A stretch of DNA of 63,972 nucleotides, counting the filler. It is 5 parts of 5 records of this genome, joined end to end, with 100 filler letters (N's around TTAATTAATTAA, not from the genome) between each part and the next. Parts side by side here need not be neighbours in the genome. Positions count along the whole stretch, not along the records: positions 22,618 to 32,371 come from SRR31147125_2689; positions 32,472 to 49,534 come from SRR31147125_2713; 3 more parts are not named here. One strand, given 5' to 3'. Both the position numbers and the translations under genes were made by a program. The notes beneath the pieces were generated by a model. The model made no database searches and was not told the origin of the DNA. It saw nothing but the letters and a program-made list of their open reading frames with translations. Positions 22,842 to 33,721 of this stretch are shown one piece after another (position 1 is the first letter of the stretch; each line of letters starts with the position of its first letter).

Positions 22842-24674
22842 TTGTTTAAAAAGATAAAAATAAAATTTAAAAATCGGATTAAATCTCTTAATAATACGGT
22901 GAAGCATACTATTTCTTTTAGGCTGCTTCTTACCCATATAGGAGTTTCCTTAATTCCTATTATAGTAATGGGTGTATTGTTTTATCTAATTTCTTTTTAT
23001 ATTATTCAGCAAAAAGTTTGTGAATCGACGATTGATAAACTATCAAAAGTAAGCAGTATGGTGGATATAAAGGTGGAAAACGTAGCCAGGTATATGAAAC
23101 TTTTCAGATCACATTACGAAATTAACAAAATCCTTCAGAAGGAATTTTCAAAGTATGAATATGATGATGTTTCAAAAGTAATTGATTCTTTTGAAGAGTT
23201 GCTGAATGCTAATCCATCTATAAAATCATTATTACTTACAACTAATACAGGGCATCTGTACAGAAGCGGAGAATATAGTTGGTTTGACTATAATCTTGAA
23301 GCGAAAAAAAGCCTGCAGTATCTAAATGAAACCGGCGAATCATATTACGATATGGGTATACGCGAGAGGAAGAATTATATGATTGGAGGCCGCAAAATAA
23401 TATCATTTTCTTTAGCTCTTACAAATTATTTAAATATGGATGATCTGGGTGTACTATTTGTGGATATTTCCCCTGAGGAGATGTTTGATTTTGTATACGA
23501 AAATCAATCGGGGAAGGGTATTGTAGTTCTTGATAAAAACGGAAATATAATTATAAACTCAGATAAATCCACGGATTCTAAAACTTTGTATGAAAGTTTT
23601 GATAAAACATTAATTAGCAGCGAAAGCTTGGGAACCTATATGCGTGAAATCAACGGTGAAACAAGCTATATTGTATTTTATAAATCGGAAGTAACAGGAT
23701 GGACTTATATAGAATATAATCCTGTAAGTGTTATCAGTTCAGAGATGTCCATTTACGGAAATATAATCATCTTTGTTATTATATCAATTATATTTATTGT
23801 GTTCAGTGTATCAAACTATATATCACATAAAATATCAAAACCAATCCAAACTCTTACTGGATTAATGATGCAAGTGGAAAAAGGTAATTTTGATGTTAGT
23901 GCGAATATCAGACAAAATGATGAGATTGGTCGGCTTGGCGATGGATTTAATTCTATGGTGAAAAGGCTTAACACCTTAATTAAGCGTATTTACCAGCAGG
24001 AACAAAAAAAGAAGGAAGTCGAAATTGAAGTGCTGCAATCGCAGATAAATCCTCATTTTTTATACAATACACTAAATTCAATCAAATGGATGGCGATATT
24101 ACATGGAGTAGATAGTATAAGTGAAATGATTTCATCACTTATTCAGCTTTTAAAACTCAGTCTAGGGAAATACGGGACTATGATTGAACTGCAACAGGAA
24201 TTAACAATGCTTCAGCAGTATGTAAATATTTTGAATGTTCGTTTTAACAACGGGATTTCCTTCAAATACGATATTCCTGAATATTTAAAAAAAGCAAAAA
24301 TACCTAGATTGCTATTACAACCTCTGGTTGAGAATTCTATAATCCATGGATTTGAACCTGACAACATCCAAGGGGAAATAACAATTTCATGCACAAAAAA
24401 AGAAGGTGACTTAACTATTACCGTTAAAGACAATGGAAAAGGCATCCGCAATGTAGATTTGGAGGAATTAAATAACGGAAAATCTTATACTCGACAAAGC
24501 TTGAATAACATAGGAATTAAAAATATTGATGAAAGAATAAAGCTATACTATGGCAAATCATACTGCCTGAAAATAGAAAGCATTGAAAACGAAGGGACTC
24601 TAGCAGTGATAACCATACCTTACTATACAGGGGAAAATGACCATGATGCCCATGGAAGGAGAAACGATGATTAA
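22842..24674 (+). CDS. YesM-like sensor histidine kinase
   Basis: Two TMs, Cache/HAMP, LQSQINPHFLYNTLNSI, LQPLVENSIIHG, DNGKG. Confidence 0.95.
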   Translation: MFKKIKIKFKNRIKSLNNTVKHTISFRLLLTHIGVSLIPIIVMGVLFYLISFYIIQQKVCESTIDKLSKVSSMVDIKVENVARYMKLFRSHYEINKILQKEFSKYEYDDVSKVIDSFEELLNANPSIKSLLLTTNTGHLYRSGEYSWFDYNLEAKKSLQYLNETGESYYDMGIRERKNYMIGGRKIISFSLALTNYLNMDDLGVLFVDISPEEMFDFVYENQSGKGIVVLDKNGNIIINSDKSTDSKTLYESFDKTLISSESLGTYMREINGETSYIVFYKSEVTGWTYIEYNPVSVISSEMSIYGNIIIFVIISIIFIVFSVSNYISHKISKPIQTLTGLMMQVEKGNFDVSANIRQNDEIGRLGDGFNSMVKRLNTLIKRIYQQEQKKKEVEIEVLQSQINPHFLYNTLNSIKWMAILHGVDSISEMISSLIQLLKLSLGKYGTMIELQQELTMLQQYVNILNVRFNNGISFKYDIPEYLKKAKIPRLLLQPLVENSIIHGFEPDNIQGEITISCTKKEGDLTITVKDNGKGIRNVDLEELNNGKSYTRQSLNNIGIKNIDERIKLYYGKSYCLKIESIENEGTLAVITIPYYTGENDHDAHGRRNDD

Positions 24675-26277
24675 AGTGATTATAGCTGAGGATGAACTAT
24701 TAGTAAGATTAGGTCTCGTTTCATCCATAGATTGGAATGCTCACGGATATGAGCTGGTAGGAGAGGCTTCAAATGGGATAGATGCATGGAATCTATGCAT
24801 AAAATATAAGCCTGATTTAATAATAACAGATATAAAAATGCCGCAGATGAATGGTTTGGAATTTATTAAAAAAATAAGAGATAACAACATAGAAACAAAA
24901 GTGATTATAATCAGCTGCTATGAAGATTTCAAGTATGCTCGTCAGGCTGTTGATTTAGGTGTTGAGAAATATATTTTAAAATCCGATATTACACCTCCAA
25001 GGATGACTGATATACTTTTGGAACTAAAACAAAAGTATTGGGGCATCAGCAAAAATTTGCCTGATAAAAGAAGTAGTTACGATTATGAACGGTATGGATT
25101 TTTGGAAGATGTAATATTGGGAAACATCAAAACTATGGAGGAAATCCAAATAGGAGCCGAAGAATACAGCATTGATATTCCTAAAAACAATTTTTATGTT
25201 ATGTTAGCACAAATAGATATGCATGAAAAGAATTTAGATGTGCACAACAAAAAACAATTGCTGGTAAATACGGCAAAAGGATTACTTTCAAATTGTATAG
25301 AAAGATTTGGCACCGGACAAGCTTTTATAAGATCTCAATATCAGATTGTTATGATACTGGGCTTCCCCCAGAATAGAAGCGTAAAAGCTACAAGAAGAAG
25401 ACTGGACGAATTTGTACAATTTAGCAGAGAATCAATTAAAAGGTGTCTTGGATTGACTCTGACAATAGGAGTAAGTAATCTTTACCAAGAAATTGAGCAG
25501 ATTAATTCTGCCTATCATGAAGCTTTTCAAGCATATGAAATGCATTTTATTTTAGGCAACGATAGAAATATATTTTATGATTCTTTGGTATCGCTCAATA
25601 AAGAATATGAGCTTCCCGAAGTAGATATATATTTTAATAGAATACTAGATGATATTAACAGAAATAACGAAAACGATATTAACGAAGTATTTAATGAATT
25701 GGTGCAGATATTCAAAAACAGAAAATATACACACCACGATGCCAAACATTTTTTTACAAGGCTTGTATTTAGGTATTATGATAGAATGGATTTTAGTGGC
25801 TGGGAAAAAGCAAACAAAATAAGTAATGAAGAATCTCTATATGAGAAGATAGTAAAGATGGATACACTGGGGGAAGTTATTGATTATTTCCGAAGTCTAA
25901 CTTTCAAGATGCTTGATGAAATAAGAGATTCAAGAAAATTTGAAAAAAACTTAATTATAAGCAAAGCACAAAATTATATTGATGAAAATTATTATAAAGA
26001 AATTACTTTGGATATGATGTCAGATTATCTTAAAGTAAATAGCATATATTTCTGTAAGCTTTTCAGTCAGGTAACGGGGGATACGTTTATTGACTATATT
26101 ACAAAAATAAGAATCACAAAAGCGCAGCAGTACCTTTTGGATACGTCTTTAAGAATATATGAAATCTCTGATAAAATAGGTTATAACAGTCCGGAATATT
26201 TTTGTAGAGTATTTAAAAAATATATTGGAATGTCACCAAAGCATTATAGGGTGATGTCAAAGATCAAAGCTAAATAG
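24667..26277 (+). CDS. YesN-like response regulator (receiver + AraC HTH)
   Basis: IAEDE, ITDIKMP, C-terminal IGYNSPEYFCRVFKK. Confidence 0.95.
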   Translation: MIKVIIAEDELLVRLGLVSSIDWNAHGYELVGEASNGIDAWNLCIKYKPDLIITDIKMPQMNGLEFIKKIRDNNIETKVIIISCYEDFKYARQAVDLGVEKYILKSDITPPRMTDILLELKQKYWGISKNLPDKRSSYDYERYGFLEDVILGNIKTMEEIQIGAEEYSIDIPKNNFYVMLAQIDMHEKNLDVHNKKQLLVNTAKGLLSNCIERFGTGQAFIRSQYQIVMILGFPQNRSVKATRRRLDEFVQFSRESIKRCLGLTLTIGVSNLYQEIEQINSAYHEAFQAYEMHFILGNDRNIFYDSLVSLNKEYELPEVDIYFNRILDDINRNNENDINEVFNELVQIFKNRKYTHHDAKHFFTRLVFRYYDRMDFSGWEKANKISNEESLYEKIVKMDTLGEVIDYFRSLTFKMLDEIRDSRKFEKNLIISKAQNYIDENYYKEITLDMMSDYLKVNSIYFCKLFSQVTGDTFIDYITKIRITKAQQYLLDTSLRIYEISDKIGYNSPEYFCRVFKKYIGMSPKHYRVMSKIKAK

Positions 26278-26290
26278 TACAGACTATGAC

Positions 26291-26389
26291 AAAAAAGTGC
26301 TTAAAAACGAGAATAAAGTATCAATGGAAGTAAAAATGTATAGAAATATGCCTAATAAGTTCAATTAATAATAAGGTTCTTCCTATAAT
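26291..26389 (+). promoter_or_regulatory. Activator-dependent promoter with phased direct repeats
   Basis: A-rich-GT repeats with GT at 26297, 26318, 26338 and 26359; TATAAT at 26384. Confidence 0.55.
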
Positions 26390-26439
26390 ATTAAGGAATA
26401 ATCACTGAATAGTGAGATACAATTATGAAGGAGGATCAA

Positions 26440-27798
26440 ATGAAATTACTTAAGAAAAGCTTGATAATTATTATTTCGTTGTTTATGGTATTAACCATTT
26501 TTGCGGGATGTAATAGTGATTCTTCAAGCAAAGAAAATGAAAATGAAGTGACAGATAAGACTTCTGATACTACAGAGGAATCAGAAACAAATGAAGGAAA
26601 TTCAGAACCAATAGTATTGCGTGTTTATGCATGGGATAATGAATATGCACTTCAGGCTGTAGCTGAGGCATTTAATGAACAGAATACTGATATACAGGTG
26701 GAATTGGTTTTACCTGGCTGGGAAGATTACCAGGATACTCTTTTCACATCACTTGCAGGTAAAGAAAATATTGATGTATACTTTATACGTCTAAATGAAG
26801 TATTTTCTACTTATGTAAGCAAAGGTCTTGTATATCCTTTGGATGATTTACTTGCTGAAAAAGATATCGATATTGATATTTACGGCGGTTATGTAAATCA
26901 ACTTCAAGTCGATGGAAAAACATATGCAATGCCATACCGCGGATCGGGCTTTTACCTTTTCTATAATAAAGACCTATTTGATGCTGCAGGCGTCGATTAT
27001 CCTGACGGAACTTATACATGGGAAGACTATAGAGAAGTGGCATCACAGCTTACAAGCGGTTCAGGTCAAGACAAAGTATACGGCTCTTTCTATGAGCCTT
27101 CAATGTATATACTTCCAATCCTTTCAGCTATGCAAGCAGGAGTTGATATAGTTACTGATGACTATAATACTGAAATAAATGATGAAAAAGTAAAAGAAGC
27201 TCTTGAATATTATAAGGCATTAACTCATGAAGATGAATCACAGCCTACACTTGCAGAAATAAAAGCTACAAGCATTGCTACATCTTCAGCTTTTATTCCT
27301 CAAAAAGTAGCTATGATAATGGCCGGAGATTGGTTCCCAGGCAGACTAAACTCAGCAAAAGAAAGTGGAGATTTGACATTTGAATGGGGAATAACAAGGA
27401 TACCATGCGATGAAGATGACTATATAACTGCTGGTGTCGCTACAAAAGGATGTGTAGCTGGCGGAAGTGAAAACCCAGAAGCTGCATTTGAATTTCTAAG
27501 CTTTGTATGTACAGAAGAAGGTCAAAAAATAATTGCAGCAGCAGGAAGTAAGCCTGCGTTGCTTGACCAAGAAGCTATTGACATCTTTTCTGAAAGCATG
27601 GGATTTGACCAAGAAACAAAAGAAGTATTCTTCGAATCAGTAAATGTAGTTAATGAACCACTAAATATGGGTGCTGCTTATGCTAAGCAAATCATTAATG
27701 AAGAGTTAACACTATATTTCACTGATGCACAAGATATAGATGAAACAATGACGAATCTGTATGAACGTTTGGATGAGGAACTGTCAGAACTAAGATAA
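26440..27798 (+). CDS. Sugar ABC transporter solute-binding lipoprotein
   Basis: Lipobox FAGC, YAMPY, LFYNKDLFDAAGV, TWED. Confidence 0.93.
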   Translation: MKLLKKSLIIIISLFMVLTIFAGCNSDSSSKENENEVTDKTSDTTEESETNEGNSEPIVLRVYAWDNEYALQAVAEAFNEQNTDIQVELVLPGWEDYQDTLFTSLAGKENIDVYFIRLNEVFSTYVSKGLVYPLDDLLAEKDIDIDIYGGYVNQLQVDGKTYAMPYRGSGFYLFYNKDLFDAAGVDYPDGTYTWEDYREVASQLTSGSGQDKVYGSFYEPSMYILPILSAMQAGVDIVTDDYNTEINDEKVKEALEYYKALTHEDESQPTLAEIKATSIATSSAFIPQKVAMIMAGDWFPGRLNSAKESGDLTFEWGITRIPCDEDDYITAGVATKGCVAGGSENPEAAFEFLSFVCTEEGQKIIAAAGSKPALLDQEAIDIFSESMGFDQETKEVFFESVNVVNEPLNMGAAYAKQIINEELTLYFTDAQDIDETMTNLYERLDEELSELR

Positions 27799-27823
27799 AA
27801 TACAGTTTATTCCTCAATGGGTT

Positions 27824-27852
27824 GGATAAGGGGGCAATATGCTCTCTTATCC
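27824..27852 (+). other. Intercistronic hairpin after the SBP gene (mRNA stabiliser or partial terminator)
   Basis: GGATAAGGGGGCA/TGCTCTCTTATCC. Confidence 0.6.
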
Positions 27853-27890
27853 TTATAATTTAATCATTTTTATTTGGAGAATACCTGATT

Positions 27891-28778
27891 ATGAAAAATA
27901 AAATAAGTAAAAAGCAAAGAAGGACAAATATTACTGGTCTGTTGTTTATAATGCCAAATCTATTGGGCTTTCTAATCTTTATTGCACTTCCTTTGATATT
28001 TTCTTTCTTTTTAAGCTTTAATGAATGGGATGCTATAACCGATCTTAAATTTGTTGGGTTGGACAACTATATAGAATTATTTAATGATAAAGGTTTTGGT
28101 ATATCCCTTTTTAACACGTGCTATTATACTTTGGTAAGTGTACCGCTAACTTTGATTTTCGGGCTTGCTTTAGCTGTAGCACTTAACACAAAACTGAAAT
28201 TATCAAAACTTTACCAAACAATATTTTTTATGCCGCATATTGTTTCAATGGTTGCAGCTGCAGTTGTTTTTCTAGCTATCTATCACCCCACAATGGGACC
28301 GATAAATATGCTTTTAAGCAGCTTGGGAGTTGAAGAACTACCACTGTGGACGGCCGATGTAAACTGGGCTATGCCAAGCATAATTGTAATGTCTGTATGG
28401 AAAAATGCAGGTTACTATATGGTGATTTACTATGCTGCGCTTCAGAATATTCCCCGATCACTATATGAAGCAGCTGAAATAGACGGAGCGGGCTCAGTAA
28501 GAAAGTTTTTCAAAATTACCTTGCCAATGTTATCGCCTACAATGTTTTTTGCATCAATAATTGCAGTAATAGGTTCGTTTAAAGTCTTTGACCAAGTCTT
28601 TCTCTTAACTGACGGAGGAATGGGACGCGCAACAAATGTCCTCGTATATTACATTTACAAAAACAGTTTCAGTTACTATAAATTCGGATATGCATCCGCT
28701 GCTGCATATGTACTATTCTTCATTATTTTAGTGCTGACAATTATACAATACAAAATGCAGAATAAAGCACAGATATAA
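27891..28778 (+). CDS. Carbohydrate ABC permease
   Basis: EAA motif LYEAAEIDGAG. Confidence 0.95.
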   Translation: MKNKISKKQRRTNITGLLFIMPNLLGFLIFIALPLIFSFFLSFNEWDAITDLKFVGLDNYIELFNDKGFGISLFNTCYYTLVSVPLTLIFGLALAVALNTKLKLSKLYQTIFFMPHIVSMVAAAVVFLAIYHPTMGPINMLLSSLGVEELPLWTADVNWAMPSIIVMSVWKNAGYYMVIYYAALQNIPRSLYEAAEIDGAGSVRKFFKITLPMLSPTMFFASIIAVIGSFKVFDQVFLLTDGGMGRATNVLVYYIYKNSFSYYKFGYASAAAYVLFFIILVLTIIQYKMQNKAQI

Positions 28779-28798
28779 CGCCGAAGGAAGGAAAAATT

Positions 28799-29665
28799 TT
28801 GATGAATATATCTATTAAAACAAAAAAATGGAATCGTTCTATAAAAGAGATTATCTTTAGAACAATGCTGAACGCAGTTCTATTGACACTAGCGTTTTTA
28901 GCGTTGTTCCCATTTATATGGATGCTTAGCAGCTCGTTAAAAGCTGAAACAGCTATGTATGATTTCCCTATAAAATGGATACCTGAAGATATTAAATGGG
29001 ATAATTATGTTGAAGTATTTGTTAGAGCAAATTTCTTGCAATACTATTGGAACTCTATAAAAATATCATCTCTTGTTACGCTGGGGCAAGTTGTAACAAG
29101 TGTCTTAGCTGGATATTCTTTTGCAAAAATTAATTTTAGAGGTAGGGATAAAATATTTGTTGCATATTTGGGAACCATGATGGTTCCATTTCAGGTTATA
29201 ATGATACCTCAATTCATATTGTTCAAATACCTTGGATTGCTTAATCATCCGCATTTGGCGCTTATCTTGCCTGGTATATTTTCTGCATTCGGTACGTTTA
29301 TGATGCGCCAGTTTTTCCTTGGAGTGCCAGATGAACTTTCACAGGCTGCAAGGATTGATGGGTGTAACGAAGTTGGAATACTTGCTAGAATATTTTTGCC
29401 GCTATCAAAGCCTGCTATGGCCAGCTTGGCTATATTTACATTTAGTTGGCATTGGAATGATTTTCTTGCTCCATTAATATATGTAAAGGATTCGGCGAAA
29501 AAGACAATACCGATTGGATTATCATCTTTCCAGGCTGAGAATGTAACTTTGTATACTCTGATAATGGCTGGAGCAATTATTTCAATTGTACCTGTTATAA
29601 TTGCATATTTATTTGCACAGAAAAGCCTTGTGGAAGGAATTGCAACATCAGGACTAAAAGGATAG
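28799..29665 (+). CDS. Carbohydrate ABC permease
   Basis: ELSQAARIDGC, WNDFLAPL. Confidence 0.95.
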   Translation: MMNISIKTKKWNRSIKEIIFRTMLNAVLLTLAFLALFPFIWMLSSSLKAETAMYDFPIKWIPEDIKWDNYVEVFVRANFLQYYWNSIKISSLVTLGQVVTSVLAGYSFAKINFRGRDKIFVAYLGTMMVPFQVIMIPQFILFKYLGLLNHPHLALILPGIFSAFGTFMMRQFFLGVPDELSQAARIDGCNEVGILARIFLPLSKPAMASLAIFTFSWHWNDFLAPLIYVKDSAKKTIPIGLSSFQAENVTLYTLIMAGAIISIVPVIIAYLFAQKSLVEGIATSGLKG

Positions 29666-29682
29666 ATATTTATGCTAAAAAA

Positions 29683-31077
29683 ATGAATAGTTTAAATGCT
29701 AGAGATGTAGAAAAATGGCTAGCCAGACATAAACAAAGCATAGTTGAAGATATAAAAAGGCTAGTTGCATGTGACAGTGTTTACTCAAATCCTGAAAAAA
29801 ATATGCCTTTTGGAAAAGGATGCTATAATGCTTTGACTTTATATCTTTCAATAGCTGAAAAAATGGGATTTGAAACAGAGAATCACCAAGGATATTGTGG
29901 TTCCATATTTTACGGGCAGGGCAAGAAAACACTTGGTTTGGTAACGCACTTGGATGTTGTTGAGCCTGGTGAGGGATGGAATTATAATCCTTTTGCAGCC
30001 ACTATACTTGGAGATTATATAGTTGGCAGAGGCTCTCAGGATAATAAAGGTGCTGCTATAGGGGCTCTCTACGCCATGAAATTCTATAATGATAATAAAA
30101 TTTTAATGGATTACAGGATGCAGCTAATAGCAGGATGTAATGAAGAAAGCGGTATGAAAGATATTGAGTATTTTCTAAAATATAATACCCCTCCTGATTT
30201 TTCTTTGGTTACTGACTGCGGCTTCCCTGTGTGCTGCGGTGAAAAGGGGCACATTGTGATGGAAATGAGTCTTGATATTGAAAAAAATTATATCAATTGC
30301 CTTGAAGGAGGCACTGCAGTTAATACCGTAGCTGACAAATGCAAAATAGAACTATTTCCAGATAAAATAAATCCCAAGGAACTACCGAAACCAGATGATA
30401 AGATTATTCTATCATATACACGGGATATATTAGAGCTCAAAGGAAAAGGTAAATCTGCACACGCCTCTATACCTTTAAAAGGTGAAAATGCTATAGCAAA
30501 CCTTTTTAAATATCTGAACGGGCTAAAGGGTATAGATAATAGTCTGCATGAAATCTTTAACTTAATTTATCTGATTACTGCTGATAATACAGGTAAGGTG
30601 CTTGGAATTGAATTATCGGATAACGAATCCGGAAGTTTGACAGTTTCTGCTGGCATTATCTCATTTGACAAAGGAAAGATAAAAATAGGAATGGATGTAA
30701 GATACCCTGTTACAAAGAATGGTGAAGAAATAATAAATAAGCTTCATAAGTTTAGTTTAGAAAAAGGTGTGCATATTGAAGTTATTGAGGATAGTCCTCC
30801 ATATTATTTAGATAAAGAAGATAAAAAGATTAAATATCTTACAAAAGCATTCAATGACCTTACTAATGATAAAAAAGAGCCTTATACCATCGGCGGCGGA
30901 ACACATGCAAGAGTTATGCCGAATGCGGTAGGATATGGTATGGCTATGCCAAATACAAAAAATATCTTTGAAGATGGCAGAGGATTATATCATCAGCCGG
31001 ACGAAGCTCTGCATATTCCATCTCTTATAGAAGGCATAAAGGTATATATTATGGCGATATTTGGACTTGAAATTTAA
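29683..31077 (+). CDS. M20 family metallo-dipeptidase (PepV/Sapep-like)
   Basis: HLDVV, GRGSQDNKG, NEESG, GKSAHAS, GGGTHAR, HQPDE. Confidence 0.92.
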   Translation: MNSLNARDVEKWLARHKQSIVEDIKRLVACDSVYSNPEKNMPFGKGCYNALTLYLSIAEKMGFETENHQGYCGSIFYGQGKKTLGLVTHLDVVEPGEGWNYNPFAATILGDYIVGRGSQDNKGAAIGALYAMKFYNDNKILMDYRMQLIAGCNEESGMKDIEYFLKYNTPPDFSLVTDCGFPVCCGEKGHIVMEMSLDIEKNYINCLEGGTAVNTVADKCKIELFPDKINPKELPKPDDKIILSYTRDILELKGKGKSAHASIPLKGENAIANLFKYLNGLKGIDNSLHEIFNLIYLITADNTGKVLGIELSDNESGSLTVSAGIISFDKGKIKIGMDVRYPVTKNGEEIINKLHKFSLEKGVHIEVIEDSPPYYLDKEDKKIKYLTKAFNDLTNDKKEPYTIGGGTHARVMPNAVGYGMAMPNTKNIFEDGRGLYHQPDEALHIPSLIEGIKVYIMAIFGLEI

Positions 31078-31094
31078 ATATACAAGGAGAGAAT

Positions 31095-32165
31095 ATGAAA
31101 CATAAAATGCAGTCTTTAGTAGCGTGGAGCAAGGATAAATACAGTTTGGAAACTATTGATGTGCCTCGTGCTGGGGAAGGTGAAATAATAATCAAAGTGG
31201 AAGCGTGCGGAATCTGTGCTGGTGACGCAAAGGCTTGGAAAGGCGCACCGAGGTTTTGGGGTGACGCAAATGTTAAGGCATATGTAGAACCACCTGCTAC
31301 ACCAGGGCATGAATTTATCGGAACAATCACAGAACTCGGTAAGGGAGTGGATAGCAGCTTTAAGATAGGCGATAGAGTGACAAGCGAGCAAATCGTGCCT
31401 TGCGGACAATGCGAATACTGCAAAACCGGCAGATACTCTGTATGCAAAAAACATGATGTATATGGATTTAAAAATTATTTAAACGGAGGAATGGCTGAAT
31501 ATATGAAGCTTCCCAAAGGCTCAATAAATTATAAAGTGCCTAAAGATATGCCTGTAGAAAAAGCTGTGCTAATAGAGCCATATTCTTGCTCAAAGCATTG
31601 TATAGATAGAGCCGATATTGGAGAAGACGATGTAGTGGTATTAGCAGGTGCAGGAACACTAGGATTAGGTATGGTAGGAGCAGCAAAGCTTAAGAATCCT
31701 AAAAAGCTTATAGTATTGGATTTGAAAAACGAACGTCTAAAAAAAGCAAAAAAATTTGGGGCGGATTTAATATTAAACCCCAAAACGGACAATGTATGGG
31801 AAACTGTGATGAAGGAAACAAACGGATATGGCTGTGATATCTATATTGAAGCAACTGGGCATCCATCTAGTATAGAGCAGGGATTAATGCTGTTAAGAAA
31901 TCAGGGCACTTTTGTGGAGTTTAGCGTATTTAAGAATAAAGCACTCATCGATTGGAGCATAATCGGAGACGGAAAAGAGCTGACGATAAAGGGCTCGAGT
32001 TTAAGCCCAAACTGCTATGAAGAAGTTATAGAATGTATAGGTGACGGCAGGCTTCCTACAAACGGTGTAGTTACACACAGTTTTAAGCTTGAAGATTGGG
32101 AAAAAGCGTTTGAATTTGCTGAAACTGGGGCAGACGAAGCTATTAAAGTAATTATAAAAATATAA
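31095..32165 (+). CDS. Zn-dependent polyol dehydrogenase (erythritol/L-threitol dehydrogenase-like)
   Basis: CGICAGD, GHEF, CGQCEYCKTGRYSVC, GAGTLG, FVEFSVF..DWSIIGD.KEL. Confidence 0.85.
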   Translation: MKHKMQSLVAWSKDKYSLETIDVPRAGEGEIIIKVEACGICAGDAKAWKGAPRFWGDANVKAYVEPPATPGHEFIGTITELGKGVDSSFKIGDRVTSEQIVPCGQCEYCKTGRYSVCKKHDVYGFKNYLNGGMAEYMKLPKGSINYKVPKDMPVEKAVLIEPYSCSKHCIDRADIGEDDVVVLAGAGTLGLGMVGAAKLKNPKKLIVLDLKNERLKKAKKFGADLILNPKTDNVWETVMKETNGYGCDIYIEATGHPSSIEQGLMLLRNQGTFVEFSVFKNKALIDWSIIGDGKELTIKGSSLSPNCYEEVIECIGDGRLPTNGVVTHSFKLEDWEKAFEFAETGADEAIKVIIKI

Positions 32166-32371
32166 GCTGGATTGCATTTTTTGATTAACTGAAATAGATT
32201 AGATGCAATAAATATCAAAAAATGCATTTCCAAAGCAAAGAGCAGTGATAAAAAATCACTGCCTTCTCATTTTGTTTTATACTATATGCATCGCTTGTGA
32301 TAATAACAATGACTTAGCATTTTTACCCCATCTATTTTCCCATTCAGGGACTGTTGAAAAATAGAATTTTT

Positions 32372-32471
32372 NNNNNNNNNNNNNNNNNNNNNNNNNNNNN
32401 NNNNNNNNNNNNNNNTTAATTAATTAANNNNNNNNNNNNNNNNNNNNNNNNNNNNNNNNNNNNNNNNNNNN
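32372..32471. other. Artificial contig spacer
   Basis: N run with TTAATTAATTAA. Confidence 0.99.
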
Positions 32472-32473
32472 TT

Positions 32474-33610
32474 TTCAAGTCTATTTATCGGCCAAATGCG
32501 TCATCTGGTCGAAGTAGAAAAAAGAATTCACCTGCTAAACCCGCCAGGACGGGTCCACAAAAAGCCGATCCAAAGAAAACGGATCAAAAGAAAACGAATA
32601 AAAAAGGCGGTGGCTTTTCAGTCTTAGGACTTGTTGCCAGTGGATTTAATATATTTCAGCCTATTAATGTCAGTTATAGTAATCGTACGAATTTGTCAAC
32701 TTATGGTATTGCAGGCATGCCGAGTACCGGATTCCAGTTTGGCTGGAGTGATAGCCTCGGTGTACCATTAGAGTCTTCGGATACGGGATCCGGAAGTGTC
32801 AGCACAAGCAGACCAACATCCAGTGAAAATACAACTTTTAGTGCTTCCACAGGATTAGCGATAAGCCGGAATGTTAAACTGAATCTGAAATACGATCAGA
32901 GCAATTCACTGAACTCCAGCGCCCAAACCACGGGTCAGCGCTCAAAGAGCTGGCTATTGTTAAGTGATGGTAAGGGTTTTCTTTTCCCGGGTTGGACGTT
33001 TAATGTGAGCGGTCTGGAGAAATTATCCTTTTTAAAAACTTATGTGCAGCGAATTACATTTGAGCATGGCCATAGCGGTCGATTTAATGAAACCTTTGAT
33101 GTGGAAAATACCATTGAAAATGTAACCCGTGAAGACAGAGATTCACAATACCGACCTCTTATTGGCGTGATGTTAGCCATGAAAAATGGTATCTCTATGA
33201 ATGTTCGATATAATCAAACAGAAAAAATTTCTTTGAGTAAAGGTTTTGGTGTTGGTGCCACGCGGAACATGACATCAGAGTTGTCTTTTTCCGGAAAATA
33301 TTCAAAAAGAGGTAATTTCAGGATTCCTGTGTGGCCTTTTAATAATATGAAATTAAAAAATAATGTGGATATAAGCCTCACTTTTAGTATGAGCGAAAAT
33401 ACTACAGAAAAAAACAAGAGTGAGGGCGAATTTGAGGTGACAGGAGAAACCAGCAAGTGGTATGTCAAGCCAAACATGACATACAGTTTTAGTGACCGTG
33501 TGAGTGGTGGTGCCCATTTTGAAATTGGTAAAATACATAATAAATTAACGGGTGACACCTCATATAAGGAATTGGGAATCGATGTGCGCATACAGATTCG
33601 TGGTAATTAG
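32474..33610 (+). CDS. sprA: SprA/Sov-like outer-membrane translocon, C-terminal fragment (open at contig start)
   Basis: Frame open from the contig edge; amphipathic beta strands, FPGW..SGLEK, Q(Y)RPLIGV, YSFSDRVSGG, terminal strand LGIDVRIQI. Confidence 0.7.
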   Translation, partial: FKSIYRPNASSGRSRKKNSPAKPARTGPQKADPKKTDQKKTNKKGGGFSVLGLVASGFNIFQPINVSYSNRTNLSTYGIAGMPSTGFQFGWSDSLGVPLESSDTGSGSVSTSRPTSSENTTFSASTGLAISRNVKLNLKYDQSNSLNSSAQTTGQRSKSWLLLSDGKGFLFPGWTFNVSGLEKLSFLKTYVQRITFEHGHSGRFNETFDVENTIENVTREDRDSQYRPLIGVMLAMKNGISMNVRYNQTEKISLSKGFGVGATRNMTSELSFSGKYSKRGNFRIPVWPFNNMKLKNNVDISLTFSMSENTTEKNKSEGEFEVTGETSKWYVKPNMTYSFSDRVSGGAHFEIGKIHNKLTGDTSYKELGIDVRIQIRGN

Positions 33611-33721
33611 ATCTCTCTTACCATCCCAGGGTAATATTTTTTCCAAAAAATCTATCAAGCTGAAAAATAAAAAGAAAAACATTTCCAATTATTATTGATT
33701 TGAGGATGTTCAGAGGTTAAC

